From contig CAJFCJ010000007.1 of assembly GCA_904063045.1 (NCBI GenBank), forward strand, positions 802,819 to 866,818: a stretch of 64,000 nt of DNA, given 5' to 3'. The notes under the pieces are model-generated. The model was not told where the DNA came from. It saw only the letters and a list, made by a program, of their open reading frames with translations, and did no database searches. Below, one piece after another: positions 25,045-45,338 of the stretch. The position numbers and the translations under genes are program-made. This DNA is from Dimorphilus gyrociliatus (lineage: Eukaryota; Animalia; Annelida). Position 1 is the stretch's first letter, and every line of letters begins with the position of its first letter.

Positions 25045-25941
25045 ATGGTAAGTCGAGCATTTATTACAGTTGGCATAGGAGCAGCCGTGGCTGGCTCGGC
25101 TTATTTGGCCTATAAATTTCTCTGTCAAGATGAAGGTGAAACAATCGGCAATGATAAAGTAAGTTGTAGATAACATTACAAACTTGATTATCTTAATAGC
25201 TTTTCTTCTCTTTAAAGGAAGAATCTCGTAGTAAGAGAATACTTGTGCTAGGTTTAGACAATTCGGGAAAATCAACTATAATACATGGATTAAGCGCAAA
25301 GAAAAAGGGTGAAACGTTTGTTAGTAAACCAACGGAAGGTTTTAATATCGTTTGTATCGAAGATTCTATGAATTTTTGGGAAGGTAATAATTACAACATA
25401 AAAGAACTATTGTCTGATACGATATAACCACGTTTCAAATTATGTTGAAATATTTCAGTTGGTGGCTCCCCTAAATATCGAACTTATTGGCCAAAATTTC
25501 TCGATAATGCCCACGATTTGGCCCTGTTAATCTATGTAATAGATAGTGCAGATTCTTCTAGAATGTCAGAATCAAGTGACGCCCTGCAAATGGTTCTGGC
25601 GCATGAAAATATGAAAAACGTCCCATTATTACTTTGTGCCAATAAACAGGTAAACACAGAGAGAAACAAATCAATAACATATAAATAGAAAGTAACAACA
25701 TAGTAACATATATCTTGATATCTAAATATCTTAATTTTTGTTACAACTATTAAACCTTTAATAAAAATATACTTTTTAATAGGATTTACAACATTCGAAG
25801 CCATTTGATTACATAATTAAAGAATTTGGTCTGCTAAATGAAGACAGAAAAGTGACGGGGGTTGATACAGCAGTACCAAGAGATTCGGACAAACAAGTCG
25901 GTATCGATGATTTAAAGGAAAGAATAAATTGTTTCTTGTAA
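25045..25941 (+). CDS. ARF-like small GTPase with N-terminal hydrophobic anchor (ARL9/ARL10-like)
   Basis: MVSRAFITVGIGAAVAGSAYLAYKF (TM-like) / RILVLGLDNSGKST (G1) / FWEVGGSPKYRTYW (G3) / LLIYVIDSAD / LLCANKQD (G4); four exons. Confidence 0.85.
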
Positions 25942-26597
25942 ATAGGCGATAAAACAAAAACTACGAAATTAATTATTTTATTGATCAAATCACAATTTAA
26001 TTTTAATATTATTTATTGAAAATATATGAATAGAAAATAAATAATATGTTGTATAAACTGTTAATATGTACTGTATGTACTGTGCATATATTTTTATATA
26101 TACTGTATATATTGCAAGCACATCCTTCTTTTCTATATATAGATTCAGTTTAATTATTAAATTGTTTGAGCAATAAAAAATTATCTTGTACAAATATAAT
26201 GCATATGAGAATAAGGAGAGAAAGAAGGAGTGAATTGAGATATTTATAGAGTCATCGATTTTGTAGGACTAAAGAACGTACAGAGTCTTGCATAAAGAAA
26301 AAAGATTATTATCTATTGGTATGAGTCATACATTGTTTTTTTAATTGAAAAATTCAGGTTTTGTCCCATACGCTTGAACTTATGATTAATTTCTTTAGAA
26401 TGTATTGACAAAGAACACTAATAATATTAACAAACTTAACGGACATCTTGATTTTAATTAATGTTTACAGAAGTACGTTGAATATATCGAGTATGATGAT
26501 AAACAAATTATCGACAAAATCTACTTCGTAGTTTAAATCAGTAACAAAACAAATCTCTTCTTAACAACGTAATACATTTACTTTTTACATTTACTTT

Positions 26598-27050
26598 TCA
26601 TTTATTTCCATGTGCGTATTTTTTTGTCCACTGTTCTGCTGTTTCGTTAAATTTATCTCTATTATGACGATATAATTTACCGATATTCTGAACTAGAGGG
26701 TCTTCTGGATTAGGTTCAGCTAATAGAGAACTAATTGAGAGAAGAATTTTAGGTACGGTTAACGCAGGTGACCAGCTACTTCTTAGTATATCTAGACAAA
26801 TTCCACCACTCTCGTTGATATTTGGATGAAATATTTTTGTTTTAAATTCTATCTTTGGTGGTTTAAATGGATAATCCATTGGAAACTGTATTCTGAGAAC
26901 AAATGTACCAGATTGATAAGGCGTACCTTCCGGTCCTATTAACGTTGCTTTCCATTCATTCATATTATCATTGACAGGCTGTGCAGAACAATTCGGTAAG
27001 GGACTTTTAGTAAAATCCATCAATTCCTTTCGTAAACGATTGCTAGCCAT
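26598..27050 (-). CDS. Ubiquitin-conjugating enzyme E2 of the UBE2D/Ubc4 class, intronless CDS
   Basis: Complete 150-aa UBC fold: DYPFKPPK, FHPNINESGGICLDIL (HPN motif and catalytic Cys), WSPALTV and PNPEDPLV. Confidence 0.92.
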   Translation of the reverse strand: MASNRLRKELMDFTKSPLPNCSAQPVNDNMNEWKATLIGPEGTPYQSGTFVLRIQFPMDYPFKPPKIEFKTKIFHPNINESGGICLDILRSSWSPALTVPKILLSISSLLAEPNPEDPLVQNIGKLYRHNRDKFNETAEQWTKKYAHGNK

Positions 27051-28583
27051 TTTCTTGAGAGAGGTAATAATAGTAATAGAGCTCGATAGAAAATTTTATA
27101 TATATAGAGGTCGCTGGGTGGTAATGTGTCATGATATGACTAATACAACCATGAATTTTTGTAATAACAGCGATAAAATTTCGTAGTATTAATTCATGGT
27201 ATGGTTGTTGGTCAGGTTAACCTCCTTTGTCAATGAAATCCACAAAACTTTTATAATTAAAGACATTCAGGTTAAACATGGGAAAAAATATCAGCATCTG
27301 TACCAAATATCAATCAAAAAATCTTATTTTAAGTCGGACATTTAATCATTTCAGTCAATGTTCTAGAACTAATTAAGGTATGATTATCAATAGTCGTCTA
27401 AGAAGTGGAGAAATTGGGAGGGTGGAGAAACAAGGTGAAAAAAAAACCTTATTAATTACGTGACATAGTCAATATATATATATATGTTAAGACTTAAGAA
27501 TCTATACCTGCTGCTATATTTCAATAAATTCTTTGTCATCTAATAAATGAATATTACGACAGATTTTCTTATCCAAGCAATTTCAACTATATATCGACAT
27601 ATCAGACGTTTTATATTCTCCATAAATAGTTGTATTGAATAATTATACTAACCTTATTCAATAGTATTTTACATGGAGAACACAGTACCTACCGCTTAAA
27701 ACACACACACACATATCATCATCATATTATTTCTATAGAATGTACCTTACCTATTATTGTACTTATATATCAATATACTGTATATACATACATCGTATTA
27801 GTATATAATGTAATATTAAAGCTATGCTAACTCGCCTTATGAAGTAAAATAGCAGGTAGGCGTTTATAAACAAGGGAATTTGAAATCTCTTTTTATACTA
27901 CTGTACAATTGACTATCATTCAACGATTGAAATTTTCTAACAAACTTGTCAAACAATCGATGAAAATCTATGAATAGTGCAACGGAAAAACAGAAGAATG
28001 TTACATATAGAATAATTAGTATATTATAATAGATTTATTCTAATCTGAAACTATTCTTATACAAGAATATAATAGTTCCTGCAATTCTTTTTATAGAGGT
28101 TTTTTTTTTAAGTAATAATCATAGAGGGAAAACGAAACCTGTGGATTATAAATAGTCCTATCATCAAAGTAAATTATTCTTTATAATTCGTAGAATTGAA
28201 ACTGAGGAACTGATCCCTCTTTCTTCCAGTACAATATGGCTTCTAGAGTTTTAACATCAATTTTATACAAGTGTTTTGTTTTTTTTGTTATTATAGGTAA
28301 AGAATGGAAATATAGTTTCTACTGTTTTTATCGCTATTTACCTATTAATAAAGAAAAAGAGTAAAAAATATTCGTTTTAAACATATAAAGACTGGATTTC
28401 AATATTATACAAAATAAATAATCAAGTATCGATTACCAGTTTGTAAATTACTCTTTAAAGACGGACGTTTTAGAAAAAAACATGAACAAATTTTTACTTC
28501 AAGGTCGTTAATAGCATTTTAATAAAATAATTAAACGGTATCTTTGCGAAGAACGCACGTAAGACGTTAAAAGAAAAACAAGA

Positions 28584-28592
28584 GGGAATTCC
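28584..28592. promoter_or_regulatory. Second kB-type element GGGAATTCC
   Basis: Identical 9-mer to 8264-8272, in the 3.3-kb gap between the divergent E2 and ABCC genes. Confidence 0.35.
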
Positions 28593-29032
28593 GTACTTAT
28601 GAGCTATTTTAATATAAAGTCAAAGATAGACCTTTGCTTGATAGTAAATCTAAAACATTCTTGATAATTTGATACTTATATTTGATATTTTATCTTGCTA
28701 TATCAACTTTATATACTATTAGTAATACATTCATAATCAATCTATTGCATCATACTCTACTTGTATTTCTGAACTATCTATTGACTATGCTGAAGATTAG
28801 AAATAAAGAGAAGAGTACTTTCCTCCATTTGCTTAAACTATTTTCCATTTTAATTAAATTCTAACCTTGAACTATATTTTTGTTTTTTTAAAGAAAATGT
28901 TATTAAACTTTAAAGTAAACTTCTGTTCTCTTTTGAATATCTTTCAATTTATATTGTTTCCTTGACTAATAGAAAGAAGACAGACTCTATGATACAAAAG
29001 CCGTTTGCGTATTGTTAGGTTATTAATCCGAT

Positions 29033-29050
29033 AGAGAGAGAGAGAGAGAG
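29033..29050. repeat. (AG)9 microsatellite
   Basis: Seen directly. Confidence 0.9.
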
Positions 29051-29787
29051 AAAGAATGATTAGAATATACTATTTTTAAATAACTCGTATAAAATAACTG
29101 GTTAAAAAAATCGATAATACTCTTCAAGAGGGAAGATTGTTTGTACTTGAAATTACCAAACTTTTTTTTCTCTATAACAGTATATATAACTTGTCACAGA
29201 ACTAGCTCGGGAAATCAAATAATTCTCAATTCTTTCAATGAAAATTAGTGATATCTTAATCGATAATATAAATTATCAATTTAATTAGTCCACAGGGGCA
29301 TAGTACTAGTCACCCAATAAACAAACTGTCTTTCTTTCTTCCGTTAATTATTATGTAAAGAGTAGTCATTGATAAAAGGGAGCAGAGGTGAAAATGAAAA
29401 ATCGATAAAATCTTAATTAATTGAAGAGTAATAAAAGAAAAGAAAACAATAGTCAACAATAGAAAAAGGAAAATGAAAGGAAAACGAGAGGAAATTTTCT
29501 TATTAATTAATAAATAGAAAGAGGTAGAGATCGTAATCTTTTACTACGAAAAACGAGTAAAACTGAACTGATAATACAATCAGAATGGAGAAATGAATAG
29601 TAAGAAAATTTCATCATCTTACGCAACATTTTTTGTTATCATTTCTAATCAAAACGATTGATAATCAAAGCAACAACAACATATTAATTTTAATTAGTAG
29701 GTACAATTACCCTTAGTTTACATATAAAGAAAAGAATTATTTTAGACCTATAGGTCAGCTGAGTTTAATATTGTACTATCTAGTTAA

Positions 29788-29803
29788 AGAGAGAGAGAGA
29801 GAG
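29788..29803. repeat. (AG)8 microsatellite
   Basis: Seen directly. Confidence 0.9.
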
Positions 29804-30378
29804 AAAGAGACAGAAAAGGGGGAATAATAGTAATTGAATAGCTACATATATTATCAAACTTGTATCTTAGTATTTTAAACAATTAAAGAGCCGGTCGTAT
29901 TGTTTGAAAAGTATTGAATTTCTTATCAGGCACGTCGAAAATTTAATCTGTTTCATTCAGCCAAGATAGGTTGAACAGAATCTATATTTTCTCATATTTC
30001 ATCATCCAGGTATGCAAATTACCTCAAAAGATTATAAAGACTATAACAATTTGTTTTTAATATCACCTTATTATTGTTTGAATCTCTTTGTTAATCGTTT
30101 CTTCTATGGCTTCATCTTTTACTTCATAGCCACTATATCTATTGTCTTTTTTTTATTTGTTTGTTTCATTACTCTATATTGTTCTTATCGTTAGCACTTT
30201 GTTATCTTTGCTCTCTGCTAAAAAACTCTTGTTCAAATTGTAGCGTGATTTCGGAACGAATTCACTTTTACCGCGATCCTTCAAACAATAAAGACATATA
30301 CAGAAAGAATCTTAACCGTAATAATATATATTGTTGTATATAAGCTTCTCCTGTGCGGTAAAAAAGTAGTTATTCTCA

Positions 30379-36638
<6,260 letters not shown>

Positions 36639-37612
36639 AACATTTTAATCATTAAAATAGAATTTAAAAACTCTTTAAATGAAAAAATATTATACAGGCT
36701 TTTAAAAATGTATTGATTTTTCCGATTGAAAAAGTCTAACATCTCTTTTAATCAATCTTCCAAATCATTTCATTAAAAAATTGGGATTTGGTTGGTTAAC
36801 TTACAAAGAATTCGAGTTAAATAGGCTGTAAAAGGAAAGTTAATATCACTTGGAAAGAAATACCTTTGGGTAGATTGGTAAAAAAAAATGTCAAAAAAAA
36901 AAATTACTAAAACATTTGAAAGGTGTAATTGTTATTTTTTTCATATATTTATATATACTTGGTATAAATATATATATATATATACATTTATATACTGTAT
37001 ATATATATAGTATCATATAATAGTATATAGAATATTTGAGCTGTCATAATTACGTAATCGACATGCAGTAATAATGGACAAATAACGAATTAGCAGTCCA
37101 CTTACTGTAAAAAATTTTATTTTCCCAATTTATTCACTCTTTACAATTTTCTAAGCCCTAGTTTACCTTTCAAAACTGTAACAAAACCCAAAGTGTATTC
37201 GACTTTCACTGCATATACTGCAATATAGAGACTCGTTTTTTTCTTTTTAAATTGTCACATAAACTGTTGCAACACTACAAAAAATTAATAACGCGTTACG
37301 TTTGTTTGAAAAAAGCTTATTTTAAACGTATATGTATAAATATACATATATATATGTATATATAGAATTAGACAATAAATTCGGCTAAAAATATAACGCA
37401 TCGTCTTTGGCATCCCTATTCCCCCCTCCCCCATACGGCGTATAAATCAGTCCGAAAATTCTTGAAAAAAAAAAGCGCACGCACACTCAGGATCATTTTG
37501 TTGATATCACAATTTGCTTTAATAAATCGAAACATTCCTTTTTTTTTTCATACAAGCACGCAAAAAAATAACCTATATCTTTTACATAAAAAAAATTAAC
37601 CGACATGCTCAA

Positions 37613-40600
37613 TCAGAGTTCTTCATTTGGCGATGGTATGTCGTCTGAACATTCTCGACTTGCCGGCTGTTATTAATGAAAATATATAAACAAATTAATT
37701 TTTTATTAGGTAACTAACTACTTTTACTATCAAAAATATTTTCACTTACGGATTTTGGCGACGGTGACCGTCGGCAGTCTTCCATATCTTCTTCAGGTAA
37801 AATTTGTAACGCGTGTTGAAGTGTCAATTTAGCCGAATTTGAACGTTCTAAAAAGTAACCGTTTGATGTTTCATTCGATTGGGCTGGTGGAGACCAAGCA
37901 TAGGTGTTATGACTCGTGTAAGGTCTTCTTTCTAGTTCCTCGCTTAACCACTCCACTGCATGTTGCCATTTTTTCTTGAAATCGGTGTATCTACACAGTA
38001 TGTCTAATGAACTTTGACACTTATTAAATAGCTGAACCATCATTTTAATAATCTGATAGCCTCGTTTTTGGTAATGGTTTTTAGACTTTTGAATTATATC
38101 AAATAAACCGTCTCTATCATCAGGAACTCCTTTGAATGCTAACATAATTCGCTGCATTTGGAAAGAGTCTTGTATGAATAAAGTGTTCATTATAAGATCC
38201 AGATACGGTCTTAGCTCGTAGGTGTAAGAAAATGCAACTTGCCACACCAATTCCGATAGCAAATAATTTGAAAAACTCTCATTCTCCCACGAACAAAATA
38301 ACAACAATTTTGTAATGTCTTCACTAGATTGACAATCTTCTACAACTTTTTTAATAATGCTTTGTCTTTGATAGAGCATCTCCGATACTTCTGAAGTAAT
38401 TGGATGTATTGGGCCACCTTCATCGGCGTAGGGATTCGGTTTTATATTTGTACTACCATCACTTGTTTTACAGAATGCACTAACATCGTAGCATCTTACC
38501 AATACTGATACAACAGAGTAGAGCTTTCCCAATTCAGTATACTGATACTTAATTGGTGGGCCGGGACCTTCATCAAGAGCAACAGTTATAAACAAGGTTG
38601 GAACTTGATGACGGAGGAGTTGTTCTTTTTCTTCTCTTCCTAATTGAGCGTACATGACGAACAGCTGGAAGTATTGTGCTAAATGTCGTCCATTCTCCGA
38701 AACTTGTCTCTTTAATAAATTCAAAACACTACTTATCAAAAGATCTGAATAGGATAGTGATTTTCCTTCTGTTAGTGGTCGATTACCGTCACTGCGACTA
38801 CAGTGTGCGAGAAAGACAAGAATTCGCATGAATGTTTGTCTAACTTCTCCTGACGGGCACTCCAATAAATACTCAGAAAATCTGCTGGGATGCTGAAGAA
38901 GAACTTGCTCGATAAACCACAATCGAACGTTTTTGGAAGTTCTCAAGTGAAACGCAAAAGCGTCATACCATTCGTGTGCTGAACCTCGAAGACTCTTTTT
39001 TGTTCGGAATCCAACTGTAAACAAAAACTTTGCTGCTAGTTGCACGCTTAACATTGCTAATTCTTCACATTCACTGGTACTCAAATAAGACGGTGAAGGT
39101 GAAATTACGTTGATCTGTACAAGACTACGTATGAAATGAAAATATTCCGGGCAAAACTGAGCTCTCTGATGCATAAACTGCAGGTTATGACGACGAACAG
39201 ATTGTTCAATAAACGATGGCATTATCTCGTTAAGGTTTAAGGTGGCAAGACTTTTCGCGACGGTTTCAACATCGCCTTCGCCTTCAATATTACGATTCTG
39301 ATCTACACGTTCGTATAAAAGAATATACGCGTTCCACCATCGCTTTTGTCTGCGATATGACATTCTTTTTAGCATATGATCGAATACTTCACCAAGATAC
39401 TCTCCTCCAAAGCACTGATTTCTTAGTTCCTCGTCATCCATTCTACATTCTGTTACGTCGCCATCATCAAATTTGTACCACTTTTCAGTACCTCCAGGTA
39501 CTCTATGCAATATATAACTGAAATAATGACCTCCGGACGCTTGTCCAGAATGAACAACCATTCCGACAAGCCTGTATTTAGTACAGGTTTGACTGTTGGC
39601 ATTTTCATCTCCTCCTCCAGCCTCTTCATCGACGACTGCTTCCCCTTCCATTCTAGCTAAACCATGAACTGTGTAGGGTTCCATATCTAGTTGTTGAGGG
39701 AACTCAAAGTAATCATTAAATTTAACTGCACAGTCTCTTTCCCAATCGTAATCAAATCTCTTTAATTGAATGGCTAAAATAGGGGGTAGTTTTTTAATGC
39801 ACATTCGTTTTACGGTGTCTACTTTTTTGTCGCAACGTTCACAGTGATAGGCATTCGCTCCCTCAAGAAGATCACCTTTTACATATTGTTCTAAAGACTC
39901 TAATAAATTGTGTTGGTTTCTTATGTCAATGTTTAAAGTTAAAAAACTTTGAGAACGCGAATATCGATGGGGACAACCTTTACAAATTTTTTGATCAGCA
40001 TACGCTCCACCCATAACTTTTGAAATAATAGGCTGAGCACCAATGGCTTTCATCGCTTCATCAATACTGTCGGCTACGCTTGCCAAAAATTCTAATGCGT
40101 CTTGCTGCTCTCGCAAATTTAAGGGTTCGCCTTGCAATCGGAAATGTTTCCAAAACCTCTTTGGAATATGATATTGCAGATCGGATTTACTCAAGTGGCC
40201 AAAAATATGTTGAATATGGCGTAAAACTCCTAAGTGATAGGTTTTCTGTTGTTCCTCCGGTTTTTCTTCTATTACTTTCGATTGTTGAACATCTTCATCT
40301 TCGTCAAAGTCATCTGGTATATCATCCTCTCCTCCAGCATTCGCTTCTAGTACAGAACGACGGATTGGATCAATCATAAATAACTGCTGCAATACGGAAT
40401 TCATGTAGCATGTAGCTCCCGCATTCTTTAATCCAACAAAACCATTTGCTGGCCTCTTCCCTACTGCAGGTACATACTCCCAGTCTGTTAAAGATGAATC
40501 TTTATCAGCGTAATACATGACTGTCAAAAGCTTTGATAATAGTTCCAAATTTTTTACTGATCCCTCACATAAAGTTACCAATAAGTTAAAGGCTGCCGAA

Positions 40601-43600
40601 GTTGCCATGGGTGAATGGCATACTGCTTTCGTAATTGGTGCTATAATACTTGAATGATCTTTCAATACAGCAACGTATTTTGATGCGGGGAAAATGAAAT
40701 CCTCCACCAATTTGCGTATCAAACGAACTCCGCTACGTGAATCAGCCCCAATTTCCTCTTTCTTATCTTTTTTGTACATTGACAAAAATGAACGAAGAAT
40801 CATAAGATGACCCTGCAATAATACTTGATCAACTTCATCCTGTTCTTTTGTAACTTTGCTTCTGGCGTCCTCTAACCAAGTAATTTCATTCTGAAGTAAA
40901 ACATCGGCATTTGTAAAGTTTATATTCTTTTCTGTCGATTCGTTCAATAACTTGCACAGCAAAACAAAATATTCATGTGACTGATTAGAATATTTCGGAA
41001 CTTGTGATTTCAAGGCCGTAAAAAGAAGAGTAACAAAAAATTGCAAAGGTTTTTGACCTTTCACACATTTTGTAGCGATGTTAAAGAAATAATCTTGAGC
41101 TTGATTACGAATTTCTAATATTGGGCACACCAAAAGAACATCGAGTATAAAAGCTTGCCATTGCTTATCTTTGTTCAAAGATTCTAACGCTTTAGGGCAC
41201 AAGGCTAATACTAAACTCAATAGTTCTAAAGCTTCGCACGAAACCTTCACATCAATATCATTGGGTTCGTATCTACTGGACGCTATTGTTTTTTCCGAAT
41301 CATCGATTGTATGGGATAAGTGCAAAACGCCCCAGCTAGCACACCAAGCAATTTTCTGGACAACTTTTGCAGTGATCAAATCGGGCTGGAAATCTATCAC
41401 TTTCTCTTTTAGCTCTTGACCATGGGAGAGCGTAGCATTATGTAGTTTATTTTCTGGATGAAAGCATGTTACATTCGTAAGAGCTTCTTGTAGAATTCGG
41501 GCTTCCTCATATTCATCGAATTGTTCATTGTTTTGTTGAATATTATTCACTCCATCGTATTTAGAAGACACATACTGTACTCGTGCGTGAGCAACAATCG
41601 TTAGAACAAGCTTACAAATCCGTAAAACGTGCAAGTAAGCCATACGTTTAAGAAAAATATCTGCGTCCTTCATAAAATCATGTCGCGTCAACATGGCTAA
41701 AGACAACTGTACTCCTCCGTTAAGCAAAAAATTTGTACGCATATGAAAAGCATCTTTCCAATTAATATCTTGAGCCGGGAGTAGAAGTGAGTATAAAATA
41801 TTGACATAATATAGAACAGTTGCATGAGAGGAATTATTGAAGAATATCTCATGCAATACTTTACTCATTTTGGCTTTATCAACGGTTTTTTGTGGGCATG
41901 CCTCCTTCAAGATTTTGACTGATTGGTCATGAGCCGGAATTACGAATAGTAGTTGCAAGGCATGATCTCTTAGAGCTTCTTCTCTAAGTTCACAACCTAA
42001 ATCAATTACCTTACATAAAAACAAAGCTCTAACAGGATGCTCAGTTAAGAGAACTCCTGGTAAGCAAGATTCAATCTCTAAACTCGGACCTTCAAAGTGA
42101 TGACTAGTAGACATATGGTGCGGAGGTGATGGTGAACTATCCGAGCTACTCTCAGCGCTCGAAGGATGCCCAGTTATGTTAGTTAATTTTGCAGTAATCG
42201 TCGTTCTATTTTGAATGCATAACTCGCTTATTAATCTTGAATCGTGAATGGCTGGCTCAAGGAGCTCTCCATTATAGCCTAACTCAACTTTTCCACAAGG
42301 ACTGGAAAATTGAGAGCATTTGAATATTCTGCTTGAAATTTTTAATTCAATCGCCCGGCGAAGACTGGCCAAAGTCTCAACATCGTGAGTCCAAATGTCG
42401 AATTCATCTTGACTTTGCGATCGATGCTGAGTGATTGTTCGAACTTTCAACAGGATATTATTACCTCTGGAAGCTCTAAATAATGGAGGCAATGCTCTTT
42501 CCTGAAGATATGTGCTATCGCATTCTTTTATATATTCGCATAATACAATGAGTACTCTCGTCATCTTTTTTAGCTCCTTTCGTAAGGCAATTTCATCTCC
42601 CTCTTCCTTTCTCGTTGACTTTAATAATTTGACAGTTTCTGCTGATGTTTCTAATCTCTGCATACAATCATTCAATAATTCTTGATGTAATTCTAATTGT
42701 TGTGGTTGCAAATTTGGACTTAAATTTGTATATAATTCTTTTAAGAGTGTGATTGCTTTTGAAGCTACTGTTTCCTCAGCATTCATTATCACTCGCCATA
42801 CGTAATCTAAGCCAATCAAATCAACGCTATCCATGACAATGTTCTTCCCCCCGCATTTCAATTTCTTTTCTCTTAAGTTAACCATTTTAAAAAATCTCTC
42901 AAAACATCCCATGCCAAATTCAGTTAATAGTGATGAATCCAATTCGAGAACACAACTAACAAAAAAATGATTCGAAATCTCTGGATCTAGATCTTGCTCA
43001 TCCCCCATTATTTTGGCAAACCATTTGAAACAAGCCTCCCTATCAGATTGGTAAACTGCATTAACCGCTAAACAATTCCAAATTTGCCGAGCTTGTTCCT
43101 CCAAAAGCCAGATTTGTCCCTCTTTTAACAAAAATCTGATAAACCTCAATCTTTCTTGCACCTGTATGTTGTGATCATATCTATTATCTAGTAGTAACAA
43201 CTTAGCATCAGTTCCAAGTGTTTTGTTTTCCACAATAGCTTGGCGAGCTTTGTTTATATAATCCTCTAAGTTATTTGTTACCAAGCCAATAACACTATGC
43301 TGACTTTGAAGTTCGGAAATTATATTCTGTCTATAATAAAGATTCTCAGTTCTTACATTATTGAAATTTTGTTGAGGAGCTTCGCTAAATAGTTGACAGA
43401 TTTCACGGATGTGTTTTAAGGCAGGAATTGCCCAAGAAGGATTTCTCTTAAGCTCGTCAATTAGCGTACTAATCCAATCCAGTTTATGCGTATCTCTGTC
43501 TTGAGAGCACGAAAAGTCGAGAATTTTTATGTGAGCATTCATTGCCGCTTCCATTGTTTCAGTTGGAACGTCTTGAGAATGTGCTAAACTCCAAAGAAGA

Positions 43601-45338
43601 CTTAATACCTTATTGGCCATAACGCCTTCCTTATCATCTTCCGCTAATCGACGGATTAGCTCTAATAACTTTTCACGTTCCTTTTTAGACGCATGAGTCC
43701 AAGAATTTTGAAAACACTCAAACAAATGATCTAGCTGCTCTGCGGAGAAATCCCATGCTAATTTAGCCAAGAGTTCATGAACATTTTTTACTATAGCTTC
43801 ATGCTTTCCAGCCTGAGCCTGCCAAATTCGATCAAGATCTTTTGAGGTTAATGTTTTTTCCTTTATCATAAATCGAATAATTTTTTCTAACTTCTCTACA
43901 TATTGGGGTTGATGTAATGAGTCTCTTAAAACAATATCAAGAACATTGTTTGTATTTATCCATTCCGCCATTTTTTCTGTTGTCAGCCATTCATCAACAT
44001 CAATATGATGTCTAGGTGAGCAATACGTAACGCTGGTTAAAACTTTGTTCACTTCATTTAAGGCGTTCATTTTTCCACTAAATGACGATATTTGTAGCAA
44101 CCTTAAAATCATTTCTAATCGTAGTATTTCTAATTCCTTAATTATTTCTTCTGTTCCCACCGTTCTTCCTGCTAAATTCTTGAGAGCTTTAATGATACCA
44201 GATAAAGTGTCGTTTTTCGCCTCAGTCTTAGATTCCTTTTTAAGATCTTCGTCTGATAAATTTTTGAGAATACCGGGTACAATTTTAATTATCGGGAGAA
44301 AATAATTTTCCACAGTATGAGTCGTTAATAACTCGTAACAATTTCCCCAAGGCCTGATTATAAGTAATAAATGAAAAAATCGTAAAATAGTTTAATTTAG
44401 ATATAGTTACTTGATTAAGGCTGCTATAAGCGATACAGATAAATTACTGCCTTTAGTAAATCGTTCTAAAATAATTTGAAAACCACCCAGGCGTCCAAAT
44501 AAATTTATTAAATCGACAAGCCAACCCTGGAGGGGGAAATTCAAAAATCAGTTATTCATACCTCAACAAAACAGCAATAAAATATTAATTTTATTTACTT
44601 TTGGGATTCTGGTATCATAAGTATTTGCAAAAGCAGCCTCTTCATCGTATTTACTTGAATATTCACATTGCTTAGATTGATTAAAATGATGAAATCTACA
44701 ACATTGACAAATTAGCAAAACAAAACTATTAAAGTGATATGTTTACTTACTTAGACATAGGATTTAAAGCCACAGCTAGTAGATCCAAAAGTGGAAACCA
44801 ATCTTGTGACAATTTTGTTACAATAAGCTCTATCAATTTTTCAGTATTTCGAAAAATGCTTTTCTGAAATAATTAAGAGTATTCCCATGGTAAGTTATAT
44901 CATTGATTGTAGAAAAGCATAAAGGCTAACCTGTATCTCTAATTTCCAGCCACTTACGGCTTCATCCGATAGAATTTTAGTAAAAGAAGTTGTCAATCCA
45001 TCTCGAAAAAAACGTTGACAAGCTTCGCTCCTTGTATCTTTTCCTGTAAATATATATGATGGTAACGTGATCAAACCAGGAAATACAAGCATACCTTCTT
45101 TACATAATTTGATTGCAGCGTTAAGTAATTTTTCTAATTCTCCATCGGGTAATACAGGAACGACCCATCGCGGTCTATTAATCATTTCATCCAATCTATT
45201 CAATATTTCAAGTGGAAAGTCAACCTCATCAAATTCGTCACTCTGTGTTTCTAGTTCATCATGTTGCATGGGAGCTTTTTGATTCTGCATTTTTTCTGGG
45301 GAATCATCATTCTTCTTGTTTCCACTTGCGATTGTCAT
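37613..45338 (-). CDS. USP9X: Ubiquitin carboxyl-terminal hydrolase FAF/USP9X
   Basis: [25 protein letters not shown]-terminus; Cys box [13 protein letters not shown]; His box [11 protein letters not shown]; WYKFDD; C-terminal [20 protein letters not shown]. Six introns; one exon of ~6.6 kb (37750-44354); last exon PASREC...EEL*. Confidence 0.96.

Noticed and set aside
40080-44305. Plus-strand ORFs inside USP9X (40080-40379, 41171-41419, 44045-44305)
   Set aside because: Antisense shadows of a long coding exon with no recognisable motifs.
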